From Lytechinus pictus (taxonomy: Eukaryota), in contig NC_087246.1 of NCBI RefSeq assembly GCF_037042905.1, forward strand, positions 2,728,001-2,792,000: a DNA stretch of 64,000 nucleotides, given 5' to 3'. Positions 51,801 to 63,011 of this stretch are shown here, piece after piece (the first letter of the stretch is position 1; each line of letters starts with the position of its first letter). Both the position numbers and the translations under genes were made by a program. The notes under the pieces are model-generated. The model ran no database searches, was not told the DNA's origin, and worked only from the letters and a program-made list of their open reading frames with translations.

Positions 51801-54800
51801 AAGTTTTAGGTGACCATCAACCACCATTTTCTCTATTAATAAACAACAATAAACAATGTCCAGTAATGTGAAAAAACTGGGGACTTTATCATACAGCACC
51901 AGAACATGATAGTCCCATCATAAGAGACGCTTGTCTTGAAAGAAGTATAATGACTAGAGAACAAAAGAAAGATCAAGGTTATGATTGCTAGATGAAGTAG
52001 AAGAAATGTGAAATACCTTACAGCAAAATACTCAGCTGTCAAGTAGTGAATATGCATAAAACTTACATTGATATACTATGTAGCTTATATATTTCCCATT
52101 TGTCAATATCACTATTAGCTATGGTCTGGGTCTATAGGTGTAACTGGACAAAATCCCTGAGAGGATAGCTCCATGAGTTAAAATTGCCCAAAGAATTTAT
52201 TTTTAACTCTCACCCAGTGAAAACTCCCTCTTGTATTTGTCTTTCCAGGGATCACTTGGGGAAACTCATTTGAAAAGCAAATTCTAAGTTACCATGGGAG
52301 TTATTTTCTGGAGGAGTTGAACAAGAGCGAAAGCATTATGACAATACCTTAGATATTTACTAATTATTACATACCTAGTTCCTTTTTGTAGAGAAAATCT
52401 TTAGCATTGTGTCTGCAACCAAAATAAAGCAGATTCATTCCGCTTGCACCTAAATGAACTGTAGGCATATGCCAATGGGATAAATGAACAGAAAAGAACA
52501 ATGATATCATACAGATTATACCCACGAGTGAGAGCAGAAAAGAATAAATGTCAAAAAGTACCTTCCAAAAGAGACGGTTTAGAAGTTATCGAGTGTGGGA
52601 AACACTACTAATGACAAAACTGAATCATTGTTTTCTTTGTTAAATGATGTGAACCTATTTCACTTTAAAAACATAAAGGGATATACAGTAAACTGATGAC
52701 TGATAGTTCCGATTGGTTTTGACATTTCAAAAGTAAAATTATGGGTAAGGCAAACTAAATGCCTGGAGTTCATGTTTTACAAACAAGTCTGACTAAAAGT
52801 CATGCTTAAGCGAAAATGTGCACACAATATAGAAAACATGATATTCAATACACAACTGGAAAATTTGAAGTGTGATTTTTATAGAGATTAGTAGGATACC
52901 TCTTGATCATATGTTTGCTCTTATTTGTTGTCAAACAATCATTGGATTAAGATCCATTTCATCATCTTATAGTTTTTATCAACTCAAGCAATGCACAGAA
53001 GAAAATGTATATACATAAAGTGTTGAAGAAATAGAACCTGCTTCTTAAGTTTCCTTCTGTTTGTTGTTATTGATATTTGTAGTCCCCTCTTTACTTCTGT
53101 TCAAGTGTACCATAATGTTATAACTGATAAAATAGTTTTTTGTATCTAATCTGTAAATTCTTTTTTTCCTGTTCAGAGTTGTGATCAAGTGTTACATGGA
53201 CTTTTTAGATGGATTTTCAATAAAAACAAACTGTATAAACTTTTTATCAGAAGATAGTTCATTGAATAGTAACATTGAAGAGCAAAGTGTACTATCCTCT
53301 GCCCTTACCTGCCCCCACCCGCTCTAAATAAAAAAAAAATAAAAACAGGATAAAATTCATTGGAGAGATCAGGGCCCCGTTGCATTAAAGTTACCACTAT
53401 GGTAACTTTGCCATCCAATGGTAACTTGCATGGAATCCTTGATTTTGATTGGCTGTTGATCAGGGTTACCATGGTAGTTACCATTGGATGACAAAGTTAA
53501 TATAATAGTACCTTTTATGCGAAGGGGCCCAAAACTGAATCATCATACCTCTCTCTTGAATAAACGCCCTGAATGGAGCTATACCCGTTCCTGGTCCTAT
53601 CATGATAATGTCTTTTGTCCTATCTTTGGGTAATCGGAAGTCTGGACTTGGACTGATGAAGACAGGACAAAGGTCATGGAGGTCAAGCCTATCCTGGAGG
53701 AAGGTTGTTGCCACGCCAACTCTAGGACGCCCTCTGTTGGAGTAGCGGATGATAGCTGCTGTTACACAAATCCTGTTTGAATCCTGCTCAAGAAAGGACA
53801 CAATTCATTTTCACTTCACTTGGTTACAATTACTTCTTATAACCGTAATCTGCTTTCCTTCACCTTTCCTGTTCAAAATCAATCGGGGATTAAAGTTATA
53901 CATTTGAGAGAAATTTTGACACAAGTCTTAAAATCATGGTTGATATCACTATATCTTTCTGGATCTAGAAGTAGTAAGTTCTAATATACCAAACATTTCA
54001 CAATCTTTGTGAAGTTATCTTGGCTCAAATATGAATATGCTGATGATCTAAAAACACAGAGAACCACACATGGACATGTCTAAAATCATTATTTGGGAAA
54101 AATCAGAAAAATGCCCCACATTTTGGGCAAATACTGACTTTCTACCAAAATTGTTTGGTACATACATTTCACTCATACATAGAAATACCTAGATGGTCAG
54201 TGTGCCAGATTCTCTTTGAACTTCTACAGTTGGAATTTATATTTAAAATAATGAGTGTTAAAGAACATGTTGACAGAGTATAATTCTAAATTTCATTCGA
54301 CCCATATCATGATATAACACTGTCTATTATGAGATATATTGCTGTTCAACCATATGTCTGTGTGCTGGAAGTAACCAGGTACAATATACATGTATGAACT
54401 CACCAAGATAGGGGAGGATGAGATAGAGTAATAGCGAGGCTGAAGGGGCCTTAGATTTGCCAGGAGCTCTTCTTGACAAAGCTTCACAGGGTAATCTTCA
54501 AGAACATCACCAACCTCAGCTACTTCCATGTAACCTGAGAGGGCTTGGTTTGACCTTGAGGTCTTTACAAATAAAAGGCAGAAGAGAAATTAAATTGAAG
54601 TTTTTTATTTCATTAAAAAACAAAAAAGTCTGTAATTTTATCAACCTATTTGATTGTTTGATTATAGTATTTAATTTAATATTGTTATAAGTAACAATAT
54701 GCATATTTATATCTTCAATAAAAAGTCGATGCAAAGATATGATAAAATCTATATTTTTTTCTTACATCTTTTGATACACTGTAATTTTGGAGAGAAAATA

Positions 54801-57800
54801 ATAAAAAAAATACTCCATTGTGCAAATGACATAGATTTATACATCAATAATCAGAAATAGCAGTGAAGATTAAATGGGTATTGTCTCAATAAAATGCCCC
54901 CTCCCCATCATCATCAGGCAATGGAATGAGATCATGTTCATTCCGATATGGGCCTCACATATGTCTCTTAAACTTTAAACAATCTCATTCTATCATCTAA
55001 TAACAATCCATTATATGTTGCAGATTTTATCTCCATACCGAGTTATATTTGAAGTCAGAACAAATTCATGATAATGTGCAGTTACAGTGTACTGCAGGAC
55101 TATATTTTGCTCATCCAAAAGCCATGATGCCATACATATTTTCAAGAAATATAAATTGCAAAATAATCTTCACTTGAAACTTCAATTCCACTGATGTTTT
55201 GGTGTAACTCTAACGCTGCCCTTCGTCATACAGGAATGCTATTTCTTTAATACTAGCATCATCTCTCAAAAGAAATTTTGGGGGTAATTTTGCTCAATTC
55301 AAATAAACTAAATAACTAGAATTATATATTAAAAGTAAAACACCTATAGAGTTTATTCAGTGTGAATCTGCTATTGCTTACCCCATTCTTCATGAGGATT
55401 TCCAAGTTTTCCTTCACAGTACCATCAGCATGTCTTAGCAGACATTGTAGCAATGACACTCTAATATTTTTAAGATCATAATAATTTTGTAGACTCTCTC
55501 TTAAGGTCACATTGCTCTCTGAAAATGAGAAAAATAAACTTGTTATAGGGAACAGCAAACAAAGAAACAATAAGCCAAGTAATTCAAAATTATATTTTGG
55601 TATTATCTACAATACTTAAAATCTAGTTTCCATACATTATATGTCGCTATGTCCGAAATTTTAAGAAAAGCTTTCATACTGCCAAAATACAACCTACATT
55701 ATCAAAACTATGCATAATTTAGATCTATGTGAAAGATAAAATTAGGAACAAGACATTGGAAAATTCTTTTTTTTTTAGTTATTGCTTTCACATCAAATTT
55801 TAATTTTTTTTTATATCATTGATTACTTCCCAATAAAAATCATTTTGAAACAGAACATTCAACACAATTCAGAGGAAAAGGAGAATGAAATGGTAGATGG
55901 CATAGACAAAGTGTTAACAACATCTGAGAATCACAGCACCAACATTTCTCTATTTTTACCCTTTATATTGTAATAATAGTGTATTTTTATCACTGTATCT
56001 ATACAATTTCTATACAACTCTGAAGATCTGTTATTTATGACTTTCCAAATGAAATCATTTTTATTTTCCCCCATGTTTCTTGTCAATTTTTGTAGACAGG
56101 TCCACATTTTACAATATATGCCCACAAAAAGTGCCTTAGGCATTTCTGTTAATGCTGACTTTTCTATTGTTTTCAGGTACTAGTAATTGAACAGTGCTGA
56201 ATCCAAAAACGCTGTTTGCCAACTTGATAAAGTTTTTTAGATGTCATCATGACTTTGAAAGTATATGGATCTAGTTCAGGAAACTTGGGCATAAGAATAA
56301 TCAAGTATCACTGATCGTCTTGCGTGAGTTTAAGGTCACATGATCAAGGTCAAAGGTCATTTAGGGTCAATGAACTTTGACCAGATTAGGGTTATTCTTT
56401 AAAATGTCACAAATTTGACTGGAACATGTGTTCGGGTGCTAAGTCAGTTACACAGGGATATATCATGTACCACAAGAAAGGGTCACCAGTCGTGTATGAA
56501 GTTGATTGTAAATTACAAACAGCTTTATGAAACACCCACCTGTATCTAGACTCTAAGAAAACCTACAAACCTCCTTACAAGTATACTCAAAAGAAGTGGT
56601 TTCGCGGATCCACTAATGAATCAACAACAGTACAAAGTTTCAGAGCTGCATGCATTTATACTAAACAGGCAGTCAAATGTTCAAAACAAAAACCTTCCTG
56701 GACAATCAGAAGCACAGTACTCTATAGATCCTGAAATGACAACTGTAGGGTATCTTCCGATCATTCAGACCCCGACATAGATACCTTATACACACTGTCA
56801 TCGAAAAAATACTACACGAAACTAAGGATATGAATCAGACATATCTGGTACTCAAAGCCTTGTATCCAAAGTTGATCGAATTAAAGTGGTCAGTTCCCAG
56901 AATATGAGCGTATCCTCATAGCACATCTTAGAGGATTTCACATTAGTACAATTTCACATTGAGTCGTTGGCCAGCACATGCAAGACTCTGGCTTGACTGA
57001 TCTGTGGATTGAGAATGACTTTTTGGGATCTAATGCAGCACAGCATGTCATGGGAGGAAATACATATGTACAAGCTATCAGAGTTCACAGACTTACATAC
57101 CAAGCTCTGTGGCTGCGGCTTCTTTCTTGATTCTATGGATACTTAGAAGATTGTGATCAAGAGTTGAAGAAAACACTACATGAAATATGCAAGTCAGCAA
57201 CTTTGAATTAACAGAAGCACTGCAAATTCTCTCTTCGTAGCATTTCTGCCAACAGATTAAAGCATTCTGGTTTGAACTATTAAAAGAAAAACGACCCAAC
57301 TGCACAGGTTTGGCTTCAGTACATGGATATGATGAACATTCTATTAATTTTCTTAGCAACCTACATATTTCTTCTTTTCATAGGATGCTCCCCTTCTTAA
57401 TGTTTGATCATACCCACCATGCCAGATTGGCTACTGTATACATATGGCTGAAATTCATTGGCTTCAATCAGAAATCCTTCAAGAATTCAAGAATGACAAC
57501 TTTGTTGTGAAAGAATCAAAGAGAAAGTTCTATCAGGTAGACCCTGGACACAGCCAGGAATGGCTGAATGGTACTGGGATGAAGAGTGGCAATATTGTTG
57601 GCATAACTAGAACAGTGACAGCATTGGACACCTGAGAATGCGCAGTTGTTGATTATGATGACTGATTCATAGAACGACGATGTCCACAATGAGCTCATGC
57701 CATCACACAAATCCTGTGACAATCTAGAAGACAAAATAATTTCTGCTTTTCAAAAATCAAATTTCTTCAGTAAGGATGTGGTTCCTCCTGACCTGAAGAA

Positions 57801-60800
57801 TGTCATAACAAAGGATGTAACATCTGGGAGCTGAGAGCATCAGTCATTCCTTGCTTAAATGGAGAGAAGCTTGGTGTAGAATCAGGCCCATGCAAGTCAT
57901 AGAAAGAAGGTCAATTCCTGCACCAGAAAAGTGGTCAAGCTTTCTGTCTCTTTGTGAGAACAAAGCAAATCTGGAAGCCTTCCTTTCCAATGAATTCATG
58001 ACAAAGGCGTCAGCTATCACACCACAAACACTTGCAGTAGTGGGAGGTTTTGCTGAATTAATAGAAATCCAGTGCACTGATACAGAAGTTGGTACTTCAA
58101 TCATGGGGAAGTGGACACTTTGTCTAGTCCTCCATGCTATTCAATCCAGTGCCCAGATTGCAGTTGTTGCAGCACATGATACTGCTACTGATTGCATATT
58201 TTGACAAGATGAGATGTAAAGAAATTTGTATGAAGGCTGGAACTTCAAAGAAGCAGAAACGCATTCCAGTCTACACTATTCATCAGGGACTATCATTACA
58301 AGGTAATAAATAATAAATAATATAATACCTTATATCTCATTATTTATTAAATCCACAGTATCATAATTACATACTTATACCCAATTTTAATTGTTCTGTT
58401 GGGTTTGAGAGACAATTTAGAAGGCAGTAACGATGCAATTAAAATGGTGGCCATTTGATGCATTAAAATGGTGGCCATTTTTGTTTTTGCCGATTTGAGG
58501 ATTTTAACAGCAAATTTGAGGTTGAAAAACAGCACATTTGAACTCAGCACCCTTGAAATATGCTAAAATGCTTCTTAAATCAGCATTAACAAGATTTGTG
58601 TATTAAGGCATTCTGCTTTCCTGTCTATTATGCAAACACAGACTAAATCACTGCCCCTATCCTCATGAATTTTTTTTATTTATTTCTCATTGAAATTAAC
58701 AGCTACAAGTATAAGCTTCATACCTTTAGGTTGATAAGCTGATGACGGAACAGAACATGTATCTTCTCCATTCAACCCACTGGCCCGTAAAACCCATTGC
58801 ACGTCTTCAATCCTATTGGTAGGATAGATACCCACAGCATCACCAGCCTCATATACCAGTTCACTGCCCTCTATTGAAAATTCACAGTGAATTGTTTCCT
58901 TGTCTGAGGTGGCATCACAATAAGTAAGTGCCTTCTTAATCTACATACAAGAGAATCACAAACAAAGGTTATTAATACCTATAATATTTTAATGGACTTT
59001 AACAAGTTAAGTCTTAAATTATACTAAGTCTTATTAACAGTAAGTGAAACTCTGTCTGGAGCCCATTTCATAAAGACTTGCAAATATGGTAACTTTGCCA
59101 TTATTGCGTCCTTTATTGTCTTATGATACCTTTGCCATTGTTGCGTCCTTTATTGTCTTATGTTAACTTTGCCATTATTGTGTCCTTTATTTATTGTCTT
59201 ATGTTAACTATGCAATTATTGGGTCCTTTATTGTCTTATGATAACTTCGCCTTTACTGTGTCCTTTATTGCAACCTTTGGCAAGGCGTCAATCCACATTT
59301 TGACATTCTCCATTCAGGTCTTGAATAGGTACCAGTAGGATGCGAAAGCCTATATATGTAGGATGCCTAGCACTTGAGTCTTGGTAGCATTTGTGGAATA
59401 ACTCCAGAAATGTTATGCTAAATTATTTATCACAAGTTGCTTGCGTATACAGTATGAATTAACTTTTTCATGGATCGAGTATGTCTAACAACCTTTGGTT
59501 GCTGCTATGTCTGACAACTCTCTCTTTAGCTTCCAAGTCAAACACAACCTATGTTTTCAAAATACACTTAAAATTTGAATATAATAATACTACAGGTCTG
59601 AAGTAATTTTGTGGAAATTGTGATGATAGGAATGGAGTTTCTTACAAGAAGAGTTGCCATGAATGGTTTGAGGCGATGAAAACCATCTTCATCCATAAGA
59701 AGGGGAGACAAATAATCCTCTTTGACAACCAGATTGATGCTATTGTTAAGAAGGTAATCCTGAATATTGTCCATCCAATCATTAATAACAGTCCAGTCCT
59801 CCATGTCAACATTGGCTATTGGAATGAAAGGACAGGCTCCTAGCTCACAAAACCTGTAAAAATCAAATCATGAAATGATGAAATGAAATGGAAATGATTT
59901 TAATGGGAACATTTTTAAAAATTAGAATTTAAGTCAAATTTGGTATTTGAGATCAAAATATAAAAGGGTGTGTTTATTAACAAGCCTTAAATCTACATTA
60001 AATATCTTTAAGGGAAATGTCACTTTTCTATATGGCACAAAATATGGCAAAAATGACAGGGAGACCAAGTTGTTAGGGAAGATTTGTTAGGGAAGATTGC
60101 TTAGGGAATCATAATGAAATAGTTTTGGTGCAGTGTTTCTTTGTTGATGTTGTTTGTAATTACACAATCAATGTAGTTAAGAATATAGCAAGATGCTAAG
60201 GGAGTGCTACTGAGGGGATACTATCGAAGCACTAACCAGCCTCACATCATTCACAGCATCTTATACCCCCATCTTTGTCTTCTTCCTAATGACCGAGAAA
60301 CAAGAAACTGTGTTCTATTGTTTCTGAGGTCTTACAAAACTGAAGTGTGTGTGTAAGAAAACCCTGGCCCTTACCTCAATAAGACTTACCTTTCATAGAC
60401 TGTTCGTCCAGCTCTGCAGAAGTGAGGGTAATTGGTGTCCCCAAGGGCTAAGACAGAGTACTGGAGGTGAGTCAGATCAAACTTGGTAGACATGAAGGAA
60501 TTGTACCAATCCATCGTAGAACTGGGAGGAACACCTACAAAAAAGGAAACAACTAATTTTAAACAAATAATTGCATGAATATTCTTGACTCATCATGAAT
60601 ATACATTTATTATGGATTGAGGTAGAGGGAGGTTGGATAGATTAGATAGACGGACGGACGGACAGACGGACGGACGGACAGACAGACGTACAGACAGACA
60701 GACAGACAGACAGACAGATAGATAGATAATAGATAGATATTGATAGACGTAATGTAAACTGATTTTAAAAAGAACCTAGGACCAGTCTTACAAAGTGTTG

Positions 60801-62026
60801 CAATAGATTATTAAATCTCAAAGTGTGATTATAAAATAGATAATATTTTTAGATCAATTGCAATTTGAATGTAATTGAAAACCATTTGGAATATGGGGCC
60901 CAGGTTTCCCAGGCTTAATCAACTTTAATACCCAGTTCAAAGCTTCAAACTCAGAAGGAAATTTGAAAGCTTATCAATCACCAAATCTCCATACTCTTTA
61001 CATATAAAAACCAAGAACATGTACATAGCTCTAGAATGTTGCTTTCCACCATAGAATGGAATACTATTTGTTGGTGAAAAGTTAAACATTTTACTTGTAG
61101 AGTTTTCCATCAAAAACCTGTGATATTCTTCTGATCACTATATCTCTCAAGGTAACAGCTTTAACCACAGAGTCTCATTTAATATTTTATCATTATCTTC
61201 CATCTTATGGCTGCAGTTGGTCAATTGAAGCAAAACATGTATGCATGTATATAGTTCTATTGTTAAAGCTTATTACCATCTCCACTGGTTGAGATGATGA
61301 CCAAGATGAGTTGTTCATCTTCTAGCCTGAGATGCTTCCAATCTTTGGCATTTAAAAGCCTAGGCTGCAGTTGACAGAGACCAACGTCATCAGCAGATGC
61401 AGCAATATTTATAAGCCTGCTCAAGAAACATCATACATCCAATGTTTATTATTGATTCATTTGTTAAACTACTCCTTTATTATTTTCCAGATTCATTAGC
61501 TATTTTTATTTTTCATTCACTGATTGTATAACTTATGGATTTAATCAGATTCAAACCTTCTCTTTTCATATCAAATCTACACAATACATTCTTCAAAAGC
61601 TTATTTCATCATTAATTCACAAATTTATTTTTCTCATGTAAACCTGTAGGAGAACATCAAATATTGTTGTAACAGGTATGCATGCTCTGTATAGCCCACC
61701 CACCATTTCTGGAACAACAGTCCTAAACAGTTAAGATGATGACACAGCGAACACTTTGCTCCGCTGGGCCTATACCCATGCAGTCAATAAGAGAAAGTTT
61801 TCTCTAAAAATCTCAAATCCATCCCTGAAGGTCAAGACATGACACCCAAAAAAAAACACAGAAAATATCTCATTTAAAACTTACCTTTTAAAGAGAATAT
61901 TAGCAACTTCTTCACTGAAACCATATTCTGTACCATAGAAAACAAGAATCTGTTTTCCTGCAGCGCAGTGTGGATGCTGTCTTCCATTGTTGGTGTCACA
62001 ATCATGAATGTCATCTTCTTCTTGAC
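48649..62026 (-). CDS. Diflavin NADPH oxidoreductase (flavodoxin, FAD-binding and NADPH-binding domains), CysJ/sulfite-reductase-flavoprotein-like; 5'-incomplete, 11 exons in window
   Basis: complement(join(48649-48822,51711-51832,52375-52458,53549-53783,54404-54562,55382-55518,58724-58940,59646-59853,60390-60534,61277-61416,61885-62026)); all GT-AG and phase-consistent, no internal stops seen; YGTEYGFS, STSGDG, LGDTNYPHFC, YEAGDAVGIYP, RYYSISSS, MIGPGTGIAPFRAF, YFGCR, AFSRDQEKKVYVQH, YVCGD, RYQKDVWVT. Confidence 0.92.
49265..51151 (-). mobile_element. Young 5'-truncated CR1/Jockey-group LINE with uninterrupted RT ORF, in the last intron of the reductase
   Basis: About 600 codons without a stop: KAPGPDGI, NYRPVSLTS, QHGFRKGHSCETQL, DFSKAFDTVPH, SGVPQGTVLGP, LFADD; short 3' UTR and (GAA)n tail; flanked by identical 71-bp repeats 49194-49264 and 51152-51222. 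Confidence 0.93.
51711..51832 (-). CDS. Diflavin reductase exon (NADPH-binding)
   Basis: KMVVDGHLKLRTAFSRDQEKKVYVQHLIQQDTLMIWNMIQ. Confidence 0.92.
52375..52458 (-). CDS. Diflavin reductase exon (NADPH-binding)
   Basis: HLGASGMNLLYFGCRHNAKDFLYKKEL. Confidence 0.9.
53372..53530. mobile_element. Short palindromic MITE (PIF/Harbinger-like) close to a reductase splice donor
   Basis: GGGCCCCGTTGCATTAAAG ... CTTTTATGCGAAGGGGCCC; internal arms AACTTTGCCATCCAATGGTAACT / AGTTACCATTGGATGACAAAGTT. Confidence 0.7.
53549..53783 (-). CDS. Diflavin reductase exon (FAD/NADPH-binding)
   Basis: DSNRICVTAAIIRY...GVATTFLQDRL...DFRLPKDRTKDIIMIGPGTGIAPFRAFIQER. Confidence 0.92.
54404..54562 (-). CDS. Diflavin reductase exon (FAD-binding RxYS motif)
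   Basis: TSRSNQALSGYMEVAEVGDVLEDYP...LRPLQPRYYSISSSPIL. Confidence 0.9.
55382..55518 (-). CDS. Diflavin reductase exon (connecting domain)
   Basis: SNVTLRESLQNYYDLKNIRVSLLQCLL...ILMKNG. Confidence 0.88.
56093..58627 (+). mobile_element. Decayed Academ DNA transposon (transposase plus XPG-like domain remnants)
   Basis: Termini TAGACAGG / CCTGTCTA with degenerate subterminal inverted similarity (TGTTAATGCTGA, GTGCTGA); broken frames TTVGYLPIIQ, ALYPKLIELKW, GQHMQDSGL, HRLTYQALW, RMLPFLMFDHTHHAR, FVVKESKRKFYQVDP..SQEWLNGTG, WSSFLSLCENKANL, LVLHA..AAHDT; family recognised from memory of motifs; right end may extend to 58645. Confidence 0.7.
58724..58940 (-). CDS. Diflavin reductase exon (FAD-binding)
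   Basis: IKKALTYCDATSDKETIHCEFSIEGSELVYEAGDAVGIYPTN...YQPK. Confidence 0.9.
59088..59270. repeat. 37-bp minisatellite, about 5 copies
   Basis: Unit GNTAACTTTGCCATTATTGYGTCCTTTATTGTCTTAT; follows a MITE-like end CTGGAGCCCATTTCATAAAG at 59056. Confidence 0.85.
59273..59400 (+). mobile_element. SINE core fragment
   Basis: CCTTTGGCAAGGCGTCAATCCACA...CAGGTCTTGAATAGGTACCAGTAGGA, homologous to the core of the SINE at 39490-39754. Confidence 0.55.
59646..59853 (-). CDS. Diflavin reductase exon (flavodoxin end and hinge)
   Basis: FCELGACPFIPIANVDMEDWTVINDWMDN...GFHRLKPFMATLL. Confidence 0.9.
60390..60534 (-). CDS. Diflavin reductase exon (flavodoxin domain)
   Basis: VPPSSTMDWYNSFMSTKFDLTHLQYSVLALGDTNYPHFCRAGRTVYE. 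Confidence 0.9.
60568..60750 (+). repeat. Interspersed ~70-bp unit plus GACG/GACA/GATA microsatellite, copy 2
   Basis: Near-identical to 42541-42610. Confidence 0.8.
61277..61416 (-). CDS. Diflavin reductase exon (flavodoxin domain)
   Basis: LINIAASADDVGLCQLQPRLLNAKDWKHLRLEDEQLILVIISTSGD. Confidence 0.88.
61885..62026 (-). CDS. Diflavin reductase exon (first in window)
   Basis: TGATAG acceptor; QEEDDIHDC...KQILVFYGTEYGFSEEVANILFK; GTAAGT donor. Confidence 0.85.
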
Positions 62027-62259
62027 CTATCACAAATGAGTCAATGATCCTAATGAAGCACCAAAGTTTATGCACTTTATTCTTAAGCCTGCATTCAGAA
62101 GCATCCAAAAGTATCCATTGGTATAGGTAAATTCATGCATTGCATTGTTATCTCCCCCCCCCCCCTCCTCCAATTCCTACACAGATAGAGCAGTGTACAT
62201 GGAAGAATAAATGTTGAGCTTATTCCTTGAAAGAAAATTGAAACTAAATGGATTCCTGA

Positions 62260-62404
62260 CTCGGAGTATCCGAACAAGTTCACCACCTTGAGGTTCGGGT
62301 CGGTGTACCTCAAGCAATGTTCGTGCAGGCTCCACTCCACTACCGCTACACTACGCTCCACCTACCCGAACATCAAGCCCGTGAACTCGCTCTGATACTC
62401 CGAG
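62260..62404. mobile_element. 145-bp MITE with TIRs and a possible 3-bp TSD
   Basis: TGA|CTCGGAGTATCCGAACAAGTTCAC ... GTGAACTCGCTCTGATACTCCGAG|TGA. Confidence 0.7.
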
Positions 62405-62946
62405 TGACAAAGGTGGGATTTATGGGGGGGGGGAATATAAAATTCATGCAACATCACGATCTTTAAAAACAATTAAAACTAATATTCTTACTTTACACAA
62501 AGTTTCACTTCTTTTCCATTCTATCAGTCTCAAAATTGGTGATTTAGAGCCGACATGGAGTTCCTCACACGTATTAATAATTCGCTGACGATTTCAAAAC
62601 ATTGCATGCGCGGGGGTTAAGCTCTGACCTCAAAAAAATGAAAAGTTCTGTTGCGATACCTCTCCTTTTAAAATTCAAAACAAAATGGCCGATCGAGACC
62701 GAGATTATTTTTTTTTAGAGGTTCCAGTCTGTGCCTCGATGTCAGGATTTGTGTGTCACGATAGACCTTCATCGTTCATCCAAGTAATCGCGGTAAGTGC
62801 ATAATTCCTGTTTCCACATTTTATTAAGATTACTATTGAGACCCAAATCTACCCCAGTGTCTCCCTCGTTTTGCACGGTCGACTCCTGGGCTCCGACCCG
62901 CTTCGCGGGCCGAGCTCCCTGGCCTTGGTTAGGTTAAGGTCGAACG

Positions 62947-63002
62947 TAACCCATGGCGCTCCCGCCCGGGCAGCGCAGGGCGTTCGGGAGCTCCCTGGGT
63001 TA
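62947..63002. mobile_element. 56-bp minimal TIR element (A) flanked by the 9-bp repeat GGTCGAACG
   Basis: TAACCCATGGCGCTCCCG ... CGGGAGCTCCCTGGGTTA (18-bp TIR, 2 mismatches). Confidence 0.7.
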
Positions 63003-63011
63003 GGTCGAACG

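Noticed and set aside
48649-62026. Bacterial contamination or nitric oxide synthase
   Set aside because: Canonical spliceosomal introns filled with host TEs exclude contamination. No NOS oxygenase exons or CaM-binding segment are seen, and the C-terminus is KDVWVT rather than the NOS-type EDIF plus tail.
62027-62108. Start of the reductase at the ORF-track position 62108
   Set aside because: The sequence upstream of 62026 looks intronic, with an acceptor at 62027; no convincing start exon was found in the window.
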